Below, in pieces: positions 19,528-27,464 of a stretch of DNA of 31,960 bases (position 1 is its first letter; every line of letters starts with the position of its first letter). A program made the translations under genes and the position numbers. This DNA is from Promethearchaeota archaeon. GTDB lineage: Archaea > Asgardarchaeota > Lokiarchaeia > Sigyniarchaeales > SOKP01. The stretch covers positions 1-31,960 of the forward strand of contig JAEOTA010000032.1 of assembly GCA_016840085.1 (NCBI GenBank), read 5' to 3'. The notes under the pieces were generated by a model. That model made no database searches, was not told the origin of the DNA, and saw nothing but the letters and a program-made list of their open reading frames with translations.

Positions 19528-20688
19528 ATGGAAAGTATTATTCCTAACTTAAATGATAGGGATTTAGCGTTTAAGGAAGCAATTGACAATATAATTTCAA
19601 ATGAGGTTGTTCCTTTCATAGATGAAGTTGAGCAAGGAAAAATTGATATCTGGGATGTGCTCCGTCAACTGGGGAAACATGGATTAATAGGGATCACATA
19701 TCCAAGGGAATTTGGGGGGTATGGTGGAACATATAACCAAGAACTCCTGATGACGGAAGCACTCTGCTATCAAAGTTATCCTATGGATATGTCTCGAGGT
19801 TCATCGACTTATCCTGCATCATTAATCCGGATATTTGGTAAGACCAAATTACTTCGAAACTATATTGATCCACTTGTAAAGGGAGAGAAAATTGGATCTT
19901 TTTGCTTTACTGAACCTGATGCGGGTAGTGATCTCTCGAGAATGAAAACTATTTATGAAAAAGATGAGAAAAATGATGAATTCATTCTTAACGGAGAGAA
20001 GAGATTTATCGTTAATGGAAGCGTAGCTGACACTCTCGTTGTATATGCACGAAATGGGGCGTTCATTATTCAATCAGATTGGGATGGTTTTGAAGTTATA
20101 GAGGAATATTCTATGATGGGTCTTCATGGTCTTCATCTTGGACATTTGAAGTTTGACAACGTTAGAGTTCCGAAAGAGAATGAACTTTATTATAGGGAGC
20201 CTAAACCTTCTACAGAAGGTACTAGAAAGAGGAGGACAGAAGCAATATCAAGTATGCAGCAATTTCTTGCTCCTGAAAGAGCTATGATGGCTTTACAAGC
20301 AATTTGTGTTGCTAAGAGAGCATTGGACGAGGCTATTCGTTATTCAAGAGAACGAGTTCAGTTTAATAGACCTATAAGTGAGTTTGAAGGAATTAGTTTT
20401 AAAATTGCTGAAATGGCTACTAATTATGAAGCAGGGAAAGCCCTAGTGCAAAAATCTTTACAAAATATGAATGATGGTGCTCTTGCCGCAATGGCAAAAC
20501 TTTTTGCTTGTACGAATGCTTTTAAGATATGTGATGATGCCTTACAGGTTTTAGGGGGAATTGGTTATACAAATAAGTACCCTGTTGAGAGATGCCTTCG
20601 AGATATCAGATTATCGCGGATTGGGGGAGGTACAGATGAAATAATGAAATATATAATACAAAAAGATATTTATAAAAAGTTAAAATAA
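19528..20688 (+). CDS. Acyl-CoA dehydrogenase
   Basis: FCFTEPDAGSD, LNGEKRFI, RVQFNRPISEF, ALQVLGGIGY and RIGGGTDEI. Confidence 0.95.
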   Translation: MESIIPNLNDRDLAFKEAIDNIISNEVVPFIDEVEQGKIDIWDVLRQLGKHGLIGITYPREFGGYGGTYNQELLMTEALCYQSYPMDMSRGSSTYPASLIRIFGKTKLLRNYIDPLVKGEKIGSFCFTEPDAGSDLSRMKTIYEKDEKNDEFILNGEKRFIVNGSVADTLVVYARNGAFIIQSDWDGFEVIEEYSMMGLHGLHLGHLKFDNVRVPKENELYYREPKPSTEGTRKRRTEAISSMQQFLAPERAMMALQAICVAKRALDEAIRYSRERVQFNRPISEFEGISFKIAEMATNYEAGKALVQKSLQNMNDGALAAMAKLFACTNAFKICDDALQVLGGIGYTNKYPVERCLRDIRLSRIGGGTDEIMKYIIQKDIYKKLK

Positions 20689-20818
20689 AAACACTACAAA
20701 AAGATGTAAATTAATATAAAGGATTAAAATGAAATACAACTTTTAACCATAATTTTTAGATTCTTTTTTTCATTTATAGAGTTAAACTCTTTTTATGAAT
20801 ATTATAAGGTAGATTTAA

Positions 20819-21277
20819 ATTCCTGAACTGGATCAAATTTACAAAGTCCATAAAAACCTATATATAGGAGCTTATTGGCCACGATTAAATTTTAAACGGT
20901 TTAAAGAAATTGGTATAACAGCAATTGTAAATTTGATGGAAGAAAACCTTTATAATCCGACCCATTTAGGCTTTTCATATTTACATAAGGGTTTTTCTGA
21001 TGATACTTACCCACCGCATGAATATTTGGATGAAATTTTAAGTTTTATTGAGGTCCATCTAAAAAACAGTGGAAAGGTTTTAGTACACTGTTCTATGGGA
21101 GTCTCGCGAAGTGGAGGAATAATTGCTGCGTGGTTATTAAAGGAAAATCCAAGTTGGAGTTGGAGGGACACAATTTCTTATATTGGAAAATCTAAATTCA
21201 TAGCACCAGCGGTGGAAATTAGAGAATCTATCCTTGATTATCTCGAAAAAAGTGAACATTATAGAAGACAATATTGA
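20819..21277 (+). CDS. Dual-specificity protein phosphatase (CX5R)
   Basis: VLVHCSMGVSRSG P-loop. The N-terminal DSP motifs (KVHKNLYIGA, GITAIVNL) lie in frame upstream of the track start at 20933, back to ATT 20819. Confidence 0.88.
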   Translation: MPELDQIYKVHKNLYIGAYWPRLNFKRFKEIGITAIVNLMEENLYNPTHLGFSYLHKGFSDDTYPPHEYLDEILSFIEVHLKNSGKVLVHCSMGVSRSGGIIAAWLLKENPSWSWRDTISYIGKSKFIAPAVEIRESILDYLEKSEHYRRQY

Positions 21278-21350
21278 TTGTGTAAATCAGATTTAGATTA
21301 TATAATGACAATACTTTTATTAGAAAAAAAAGGGAATTTAATATTCAGAA

Positions 21351-21581
21351 TTTTTTAATTTTTTTACTTACAAGTTTTCGCTTTCACCATAATTACAATA
21401 TTTATTGTTTTTGAACAATAAATTTTTCGCTTTCACCATTTTCGCTTTCACCATTTTCGCTTTCACCATTTTTAATTTTTTTACTTACAAGTTTTCGCTT
21501 TCACCATAATTACAATATTTATTGTTTTTGAACAATAAATTTTTCGCTTTCATCATAATTACAATATTTATTGTTTTTGAA
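21351..21581. repeat. Patchwork repeat: a ~88-bp direct repeat at 117-bp offset, a 3x15-bp tandem, and two 10-bp-stem hairpins
   Basis: The TTTCGCTTTCACCAT unit occurs 6 times (one variant; three in tandem at 21425-21469). AATTACAATATTTATTGTTTTTGAA occurs 3 times. The ATTTATTGTT-tttg-AACAATAAAT hairpin lies at 21400-21423 and 21517-21540. Confidence 0.95.
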
Positions 21582-22166
21582 TTTATTCCCTTCACAATCT
21601 TCTTCTTCAATACATTCCTCATTTCCCTTTAATATATTCCCCGAAACGATGTTATTATCACTTTCCTGTCCTAAAACTATTCCATAATGAGTATTAGAGT
21701 TTACGAAGTTTCCTGAAATTTTGTTATTATCACAATTTTCAGCGTATATTCCACCATCTCCATTATCACTTGCGTTATTGTCAATTATTAGGCCATTATC
21801 AACATTAGCCAAATGAATTCCATTATTACCTGCGTTATAGAGTGAGCAATTATCGATTTCAAAGTAAACGGCTGAATTTTCAATCCAGATACACCTTCCC
21901 GAACCTCCGCCATCTATTACTAAATCTTCTATAATATAAGGTTTGGATTTAGTACCTTCTCCTGTACATATTCCCGCCGTCTTAACATCAGACCAATTAT
22001 TATCAATATGAATTTTCCCTGATATTTGCGAAAGTTTCACATTTTTGTCTCCTAAATTAATTTCATCGCTATATCCCACAGTTAAATTAAAGTTGTAGTA
22101 AATTATTGTTGATAATGTGAAAATGAATCCTAAAACAATTATTCTTATTTTTAGGTTTAATTTCAT
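21519..22166 (-). CDS. Secreted right-handed beta-helix (NosD/CASH-like) surface protein, probably C-terminally truncated
   Basis: N-terminal hydrophobic segment, IHIDNNWSD...GEGTKSKPYIIEDLVIDG, and repeated GIxL..s.NN.I.GN coils. The 3' end is formed by the repeat. Confidence 0.8.
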   Translation of the reverse strand: MKLNLKIRIIVLGFIFTLSTIIYYNFNLTVGYSDEINLGDKNVKLSQISGKIHIDNNWSDVKTAGICTGEGTKSKPYIIEDLVIDGGGSGRCIWIENSAVYFEIDNCSLYNAGNNGIHLANVDNGLIIDNNASDNGDGGIYAENCDNNKISGNFVNSNTHYGIVLGQESDNNIVSGNILKGNEECIEEEDCEGNKFKNNKYCNYDESEKFIVQKQ

Positions 22167-22257
22167 TCTATTTTCACCAAACTATCATTTTGTAATAATA
22201 AGATTATGATTGACTATATAACTTTTTTGTCGAAAAATATATTCAAGTTAGAAATTA

Positions 22258-22335
22258 ATAGCACCATCGGTGGAAATCAGAGGATCTGTCCTTAATTTTC
22301 TTAAAAAGCGTGATAACCATAGAAGAGAGTATTAA
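22258..22335 (+). pseudogene. Orphan diverged copy of the phosphatase 3' end
   Basis: IAPSVEIRGSVLNFLKKRDNHRREY* versus IAPAVEIRESILDYLEKSEHYRRQY* at 21200-21277; 14/25 residues identical, same length. Confidence 0.85.
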
Positions 22336-22461
22336 ACATTTATTAAAATCTTCTGATATTGATTATTTGATAACTTTTCTTTTACTAAAATATATAAAAC
22401 CAAATTAAGATTATATAATAAAACATAATTTCGTTGTTTTAAATTTTAGAGGAGATGTATT

Positions 22462-22803
22462 TTGTCTGAATTTGAACAAAAAGTATTGAAATTACTTGAA
22501 GAGATTAATAGCAAACTTGATAAAATTTTAAAAGCTGAATCCACTGTAGGAAGTACAGCTAGTACTGTATCAGTATCATCCACACCATCTACAACTGTCA
22601 AACCTTCTGCAGTTGTTGAAAAACAAGAGGAGGAAGCTAAATTAGAGGAGAAACCTCCTGTTGAGGGTCGTAGAGTGTGCCCAGAATGTGGTGGAACTGC
22701 TTTTAATGCGGTAGAAGATAAAACACAAGTGCTACATCAGATGGGTGGCGTCAAGATTTACGCGAAAAAGTATGTCTGTAGAAGTTGTGGACATGAGATG
22801 TAA
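22462..22803 (+). CDS. Small protein: short coiled N-terminus, S/T-rich linker and C-terminal Zn ribbon
   Basis: RRVCPECGG...EDKTQV...KKYVCRSCG; TTG start with AGGAG upstream. Confidence 0.85.
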   Translation: MSEFEQKVLKLLEEINSKLDKILKAESTVGSTASTVSVSSTPSTTVKPSAVVEKQEEEAKLEEKPPVEGRRVCPECGGTAFNAVEDKTQVLHQMGGVKIYAKKYVCRSCGHEM

Positions 22804-22963
22804 ATTTTTTTTATTTATTTCTTTATTTATATTGATACTACACGTAATTCAATCTAAGAATTTATAAACAACTTTTTATATATAAAATTAGTTAGATTTT
22901 TAACATGAACATGCTTACAGTTTTTTATTAAAATTCGAATCAGAAATGATGGTGTACTACTAA

Positions 22964-24049
22964 ATTCCTAAATGGAGAGTAAAAAAGGGGGTTCAATACG
23001 TAAGAAATTTTATATTAAATAATTTCACGAATAGGAAAATTCCTTACTCCGCTCAAATTGAACTAACACTTCGATGTAATGCGAAATGTCCATTTTGTTC
23101 AATACATTCCTTACCAGAATCAATTCTAGGTAAAGATATGACCACTGAACAAATTAAGTATCTAATTGACCAAATTGCTGATTTGGGTGTCTTGGCGCTA
23201 TCATTTACGGGTGGTGAGCCTACTTTAAGAAAAGATCTTCCCGAACTTATATATCACACTGGAGTAGTACATGACTTTTTGAATGGTATAGCTACTAATG
23301 GATATCTTTTGCCAAAACTTTTTAAGGAGAATAAATTGGAAGGTTTGGATTATATTTTACTTTCTCTTGATTATCCTAAGGCAGAACTCCACGATAAAAT
23401 GCGAGGAATTAAAGTTTTTGATAAAGTATTAGAATCTATTGAACTAGCGAATAAGAATGACATAAAAACAATAATTAGCACAGTGGTTATGAAAGATAAT
23501 TTACATTACTTAAAAGATATGGTTGAATTAGCAAGTAAATTAAACTCCTCAATAGAATTATATCCTTGTGAAGATATAATAAGAGACTTTCCTAACCACC
23601 GTTATCAGATTGATGAGATTCATAATTTGATACCAAATGTCTCTATTTGGGCAAATTTAATAAGGACATTAAGAAGACAATATAAGAATATTTTAACAGA
23701 TCCTATAAGTATTGAAGTAGTTGAGAAAGGTGGATTTGGTGGAAATCCGTCATACTTTCAAAAAGCTTTACGTTGTCATGTTGCTGAAGCATATCTATTC
23801 ATAAGTCATGATGGTCTTCTTCATTATCCTTGTAAAATTCATCCTATAGCAAGTTTTAATACGCTTAAACATCCTCTAAAAAAGATATATTATTCACAAC
23901 GAGTAAGAGACATTATGAAAAAGCATGATACTTATAGTTTCTGTGAGAATTGTCGTTTAGGATGCGCTATAGCATCATCAATTCCAACTCGTTGGAAGAC
24001 ACTTTATTTTAAATACATAAGAGGATTCTTGGACGGAAATTTAAGGTGA
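22964..24049 (+). CDS. Radical SAM protein with a C-terminal SPASM/twitch-like Cys cluster (PqqE/PTO1314/HpnH-like architecture)
   Basis: CNAKCPFC (CxxxCxxC) at 23075-23098 lies upstream of the track start at 23138, followed by FTGGEPTLR, ATNG, YPC and CENCRLGC. The exact start is uncertain. Confidence 0.9.
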   Translation: MPKWRVKKGVQYVRNFILNNFTNRKIPYSAQIELTLRCNAKCPFCSIHSLPESILGKDMTTEQIKYLIDQIADLGVLALSFTGGEPTLRKDLPELIYHTGVVHDFLNGIATNGYLLPKLFKENKLEGLDYILLSLDYPKAELHDKMRGIKVFDKVLESIELANKNDIKTIISTVVMKDNLHYLKDMVELASKLNSSIELYPCEDIIRDFPNHRYQIDEIHNLIPNVSIWANLIRTLRRQYKNILTDPISIEVVEKGGFGGNPSYFQKALRCHVAEAYLFISHDGLLHYPCKIHPIASFNTLKHPLKKIYYSQRVRDIMKKHDTYSFCENCRLGCAIASSIPTRWKTLYFKYIRGFLDGNLR

Positions 24050-24140
24050 TAATAAAATAACGAGAGAAATATAGTAGTAGTAAATATATTTTCAAAAATT
24101 TTATTAAAAATACATTTTTTCCTAATATAGTGAATATTTT

Positions 24141-24749
24141 ATGTCGAACGTAGCAGTTATACTTCAAATTCTATTTATAACTATTGGGATGTTCATATTT
24201 GGTATCTTGTTTAATAGGATTTTAGGAATAAGCAAAGAAACGATAAATGAGTTTAGAGAAAAAGCTTTAAACCTACAAGAACGTATGAGAAATGCTCAAG
24301 CATTAGGTGATGCTCAACTTATGGTGCAATTACAACGAGAAACGATGCACTTCACTAAACAGATAATGTTGAAACAATTTATTCCTTTATGTTTAAGATG
24401 CTCCATTTTTATTGGAATCTTTGCTGTTTTAAGTTTTATATATACTGATTATGATAGTGGATTGTTGCCTTTCCCACTTTTATTTTTCGGGAGTGGTTGG
24501 TTTGCACTTTACTTTATTTTTTCAATATCTATTTCATTAATAGCATATGGAGTAAAAAGACTTTATAAGAAACTCACTGGTAAAGATATTAGGACTCAAA
24601 AAGATTTACGAGAGTTAATGCAAATAATGTCTCCTGCGCCTCAAAGATCAGGATTCTCTCTTCCAATGACATGGGGCACTTCCAGAAGTATACAGGAAAA
24701 AGATCAACCTGAAGAAAAAGAAAGTTGGAAAAAACGGATCCAAAACTAA
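24141..24749 (+). CDS. DUF106/EMC3/TMCO1-like (Oxa1 superfamily) membrane insertase homolog
   Basis: TM1, a Met/Gln-rich cytosolic coiled coil, TM2, a PFPL loop and the GWFALYF.FS TM3. Confidence 0.75.
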   Translation: MSNVAVILQILFITIGMFIFGILFNRILGISKETINEFREKALNLQERMRNAQALGDAQLMVQLQRETMHFTKQIMLKQFIPLCLRCSIFIGIFAVLSFIYTDYDSGLLPFPLLFFGSGWFALYFIFSISISLIAYGVKRLYKKLTGKDIRTQKDLRELMQIMSPAPQRSGFSLPMTWGTSRSIQEKDQPEEKESWKKRIQN

Positions 24750-24812
24750 AATGATTCAATTTAAAATTGATATTTATTTTTCCAAAATAATTATTAAAAA
24801 GCAAATTTACCT

Positions 24813-25097
24813 ATGAAACGCAAAATTTTGCTTAATTTAATTTTTATAGCATTATTTGTAGTGTTCTTAATTTTATCGTTCATGATTGATTTCTTTTTCT
24901 TTATTCCGATAATTTGTTTTTTACCATTTTCGTTTAAGTCTAACAAATTTACAAGATCAAATCTAGAAAGAATTGAATCTAAACAGGTATCGAATATAGA
25001 TTTGGAAATTAGATCCTGCCCTAAATGTGGGTGTGATATTGCCTTAAATGGTGTTAAGTTTTGCTATCATTGTGGAGTAAAATTAAATGATAATTGA
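24813..25097 (+). CDS. Small membrane protein with a C-terminal zinc ribbon
   Basis: Hydrophobic N-terminus, then CPKCG...KFCYHCG. Confidence 0.8.
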   Translation: MKRKILLNLIFIALFVVFLILSFMIDFFFFIPIICFLPFSFKSNKFTRSNLERIESKQVSNIDLEIRSCPKCGCDIALNGVKFCYHCGVKLNDN

Positions 25098-25110
25098 AAG
25101 GTGTTAAAAA

Positions 25111-25602
25111 ATGATTGAGAATAATGATATTAAAAGACAAATGATATTGTATTTTATTTTCGCTGCCCTAATGATACTATTGAATTATTTAATCCAAAAA
25201 TCAAACCAATTATATTTTGCTCCGCTTATTTGTGAGAATTATGGAGATATTGATTTCATCCATCTTTTGTATTGTTCTACAAGCCAATTTAATATGCCTG
25301 AATTGATTGGCTCCATTGTTGCTGTTGGAATTACTTATATTATTAAGTTTTTTCTTGACAAATTCATAGTCTTTAAACAAAAAGAAAAAAAGTTAAAAGA
25401 AACATCAATAGAATTTATAAAATACTTCGGATTTGCTATATTAACCACCATTGAAAATATAGGAATTCAATTCCTTTTAACAAACTTCATTAACACTCCA
25501 TTAGAAATTAGCTTTATAGTTGCATTATCAATTGGATATTTAACAAAATTTTTTCTAGATAGGAAATATGTATTTAATAAGCACTTGAATGATGAAGAAT
25601 AA
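25111..25602 (+). CDS. GtrA-like membrane protein
   Basis: Four TM segments arranged as an internal repeat (KFFLDKFIVF / KFFLDRKYVF), plus EFIKYFGF. Confidence 0.8.
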   Translation: MIENNDIKRQMILYFIFAALMILLNYLIQKSNQLYFAPLICENYGDIDFIHLLYCSTSQFNMPELIGSIVAVGITYIIKFFLDKFIVFKQKEKKLKETSIEFIKYFGFAILTTIENIGIQFLLTNFINTPLEISFIVALSIGYLTKFFLDRKYVFNKHLNDEE

Positions 25603-25637
25603 AAAAATTTAATAGAACAAATGGTGATTTTAATAAT

Positions 25638-26699
25638 ATGTCAGATGAACGTGAAGAAGAACACGAAGAAGAAGATAAATCAATCGTCGATGCCCTCTCA
25701 ACACTTGGCTGGGTAGAAGAAAAGGAGGAAGAAGGAGAAACTTTAGAAACTGAAGAAAATCTAGCTGAACAGCTTAATTTCTTTAGAGAAGAGAATAAAA
25801 GATTAGTTGGAGAAATTAATGCAAAAAATGAACTGATAACCAATCTAGAGGATAAAGTTCAAGAAATTTCCAACCAACTTGAGGATAAACCGGGTCAAAA
25901 CCAAGCAATTCAAAAATTATACGAAACAATCGAAAGAAAAAATGATGAAATAGAACAGATAAGTGCTGTTCTTGAGGAACAATCTCAGAAATCAGATAAA
26001 ATTATTAATGATCAAATTGAAAAAATCAAAGAGTTGAATGCTCAAATTGAGGGTTCTCAATCTCAAAAAGATGCTCAAATTAATGAATTGAAAGAACAAC
26101 TACAATATCTTGAAAACGACACAATTCAGAAATCGAAATTTGATAAGGTTCAAGTATTACTAGAAAAAAAGGATGAAATCATAACTGAAAAGGAAAAAAT
26201 AATTTTTACTCTTGAAAATAAATTAAAAACAGTAAATCAACGGATTCAAGAACTTCAGCAAGAAATAGAAACTTTCAGTTTAATGAAAAAAGATCTTGAG
26301 AAAAAAAGCGAAAGAAATAAAGAATTAGTTGTTGAGATGGAAGAACTAAAACAAAAAAATATTACGAATACAGAATTAGTGAACCGACTTGAAGAAAAAT
26401 TAGAAGAAGCTCATAAAAAATCTGGAAATTTAACTGGTAAATTTGAATTGGAATTAGCAAATTTGAGAAACCTAGTAGATAGTAAGGATGATGAAATAAA
26501 AACCTTAAACGAACATTCCCTTAAAATAAGAAGTGATCTTGAAGAATATAAACAAGCAAAAGAGAAGATGGTGAATGAAATTCAAGAGATTAAGGATGAA
26601 AAACTGAAACTAGAAACTGATATTGAAGAAAAAAATAATGAAATAATTGAATTAAAGAAAAGAATTAAATTAATGCGTAGAGATTTGCAAAAACCTTAA
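25638..26699 (+). CDS. Long coiled-coil protein with an acidic N-terminus
   Basis: About 300 aa of E/K/Q/L-rich heptads; GGTGA Shine-Dalgarno; no ATPase motif. Confidence 0.85.
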   Translation: MSDEREEEHEEEDKSIVDALSTLGWVEEKEEEGETLETEENLAEQLNFFREENKRLVGEINAKNELITNLEDKVQEISNQLEDKPGQNQAIQKLYETIERKNDEIEQISAVLEEQSQKSDKIINDQIEKIKELNAQIEGSQSQKDAQINELKEQLQYLENDTIQKSKFDKVQVLLEKKDEIITEKEKIIFTLENKLKTVNQRIQELQQEIETFSLMKKDLEKKSERNKELVVEMEELKQKNITNTELVNRLEEKLEEAHKKSGNLTGKFELELANLRNLVDSKDDEIKTLNEHSLKIRSDLEEYKQAKEKMVNEIQEIKDEKLKLETDIEEKNNEIIELKKRIKLMRRDLQKP

Positions 26700-26828
26700 A
26701 AAGAATTTGAAAATAGAAAAAATATAACCTTATTCTTCAAGCCAGATTACCCCACATTCTCCGCAATTATATTTCTTTCTCTAATAATTGAACATGTAAG
26801 GATGTCTTTTCCTCAAGTATAGATTTAT

Positions 26829-27245
26829 CTAAGTGTTTAAGTCAGATTTTTTAGAAGAACTTTTTTTAATGTTATCTAATCTCGTAGATAAATTACTCTT
26901 CTTCATATAATTAGAAACATCTTGTTTTACTAAGTCTTCTTTTGATTTTATTGGTCTAGAGGTCTTTAACTTCTCCGTAAAATCAGCTACCGATCGTTTT
27001 TTATCATCTATAGGGAGTTCCGCTATAAATGCATTTGAAAGATCCTTAATTAATTTGTCTTTAATGGGGTCTGATTTACCGAATCTATGCCCCGTAAAGC
27101 CACACTGAATAAATTTTTCATTATCCGATTCGAAATACGCACATCTACGGCAAAATAAATCTTGCAAATATAAATTTGTCTTGGGGCATAATACTAAATC
27201 TATTCCTATTTTACCAGGTCTAATCGGTATTTTAGAAACCTTCAT
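26829..27245 (-). CDS. Hypothetical protein with an N-terminal Cys cluster
   Basis: CP...CRRC...C in the first 50 aa, then a basic low-complexity tail. Confidence 0.7.
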   Translation of the reverse strand: MKVSKIPIRPGKIGIDLVLCPKTNLYLQDLFCRRCAYFESDNEKFIQCGFTGHRFGKSDPIKDKLIKDLSNAFIAELPIDDKKRSVADFTEKLKTSRPIKSKEDLVKQDVSNYMKKSNLSTRLDNIKKSSSKKSDLNT

Positions 27246-27464
27246 GTAATCACTATATTTTAACCGTTTTATGGAACAGCTCTTAAGTATAAAATGGTCT
27301 ATCTTATAATAATTAGATAAATACTATTGATTATGTAATAAAAGTCTGATTTTAAAAAATTATTTGAGTTGATTTATAATATCAAAATGCAATTTTCATT
27401 GGAATCTTAAATTTTTGAATATAAATTTAGATTAATTGAATATTATATTAAAATCAGAAAAATT

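Noticed and set aside
21351-21581. CRISPR array
   Set aside because: The sequences between repeats are themselves repeated, spacing is irregular, the units derive from the adjacent coding sequence, and no cas genes are present.
21200-22335. Diversity-generating retroelement TR/VR pair (also considered for 6690-6806 versus 8641-8748)
   Set aside because: Mismatches are not restricted to adenines, and there is no reverse transcriptase in the window.
25638-26699. SMC/Rad50 or ESCRT-III assignment for the coiled-coil protein
   Set aside because: It has no Walker motifs, hinge or Zn hook, and nothing beyond generic heptads supports a family call.
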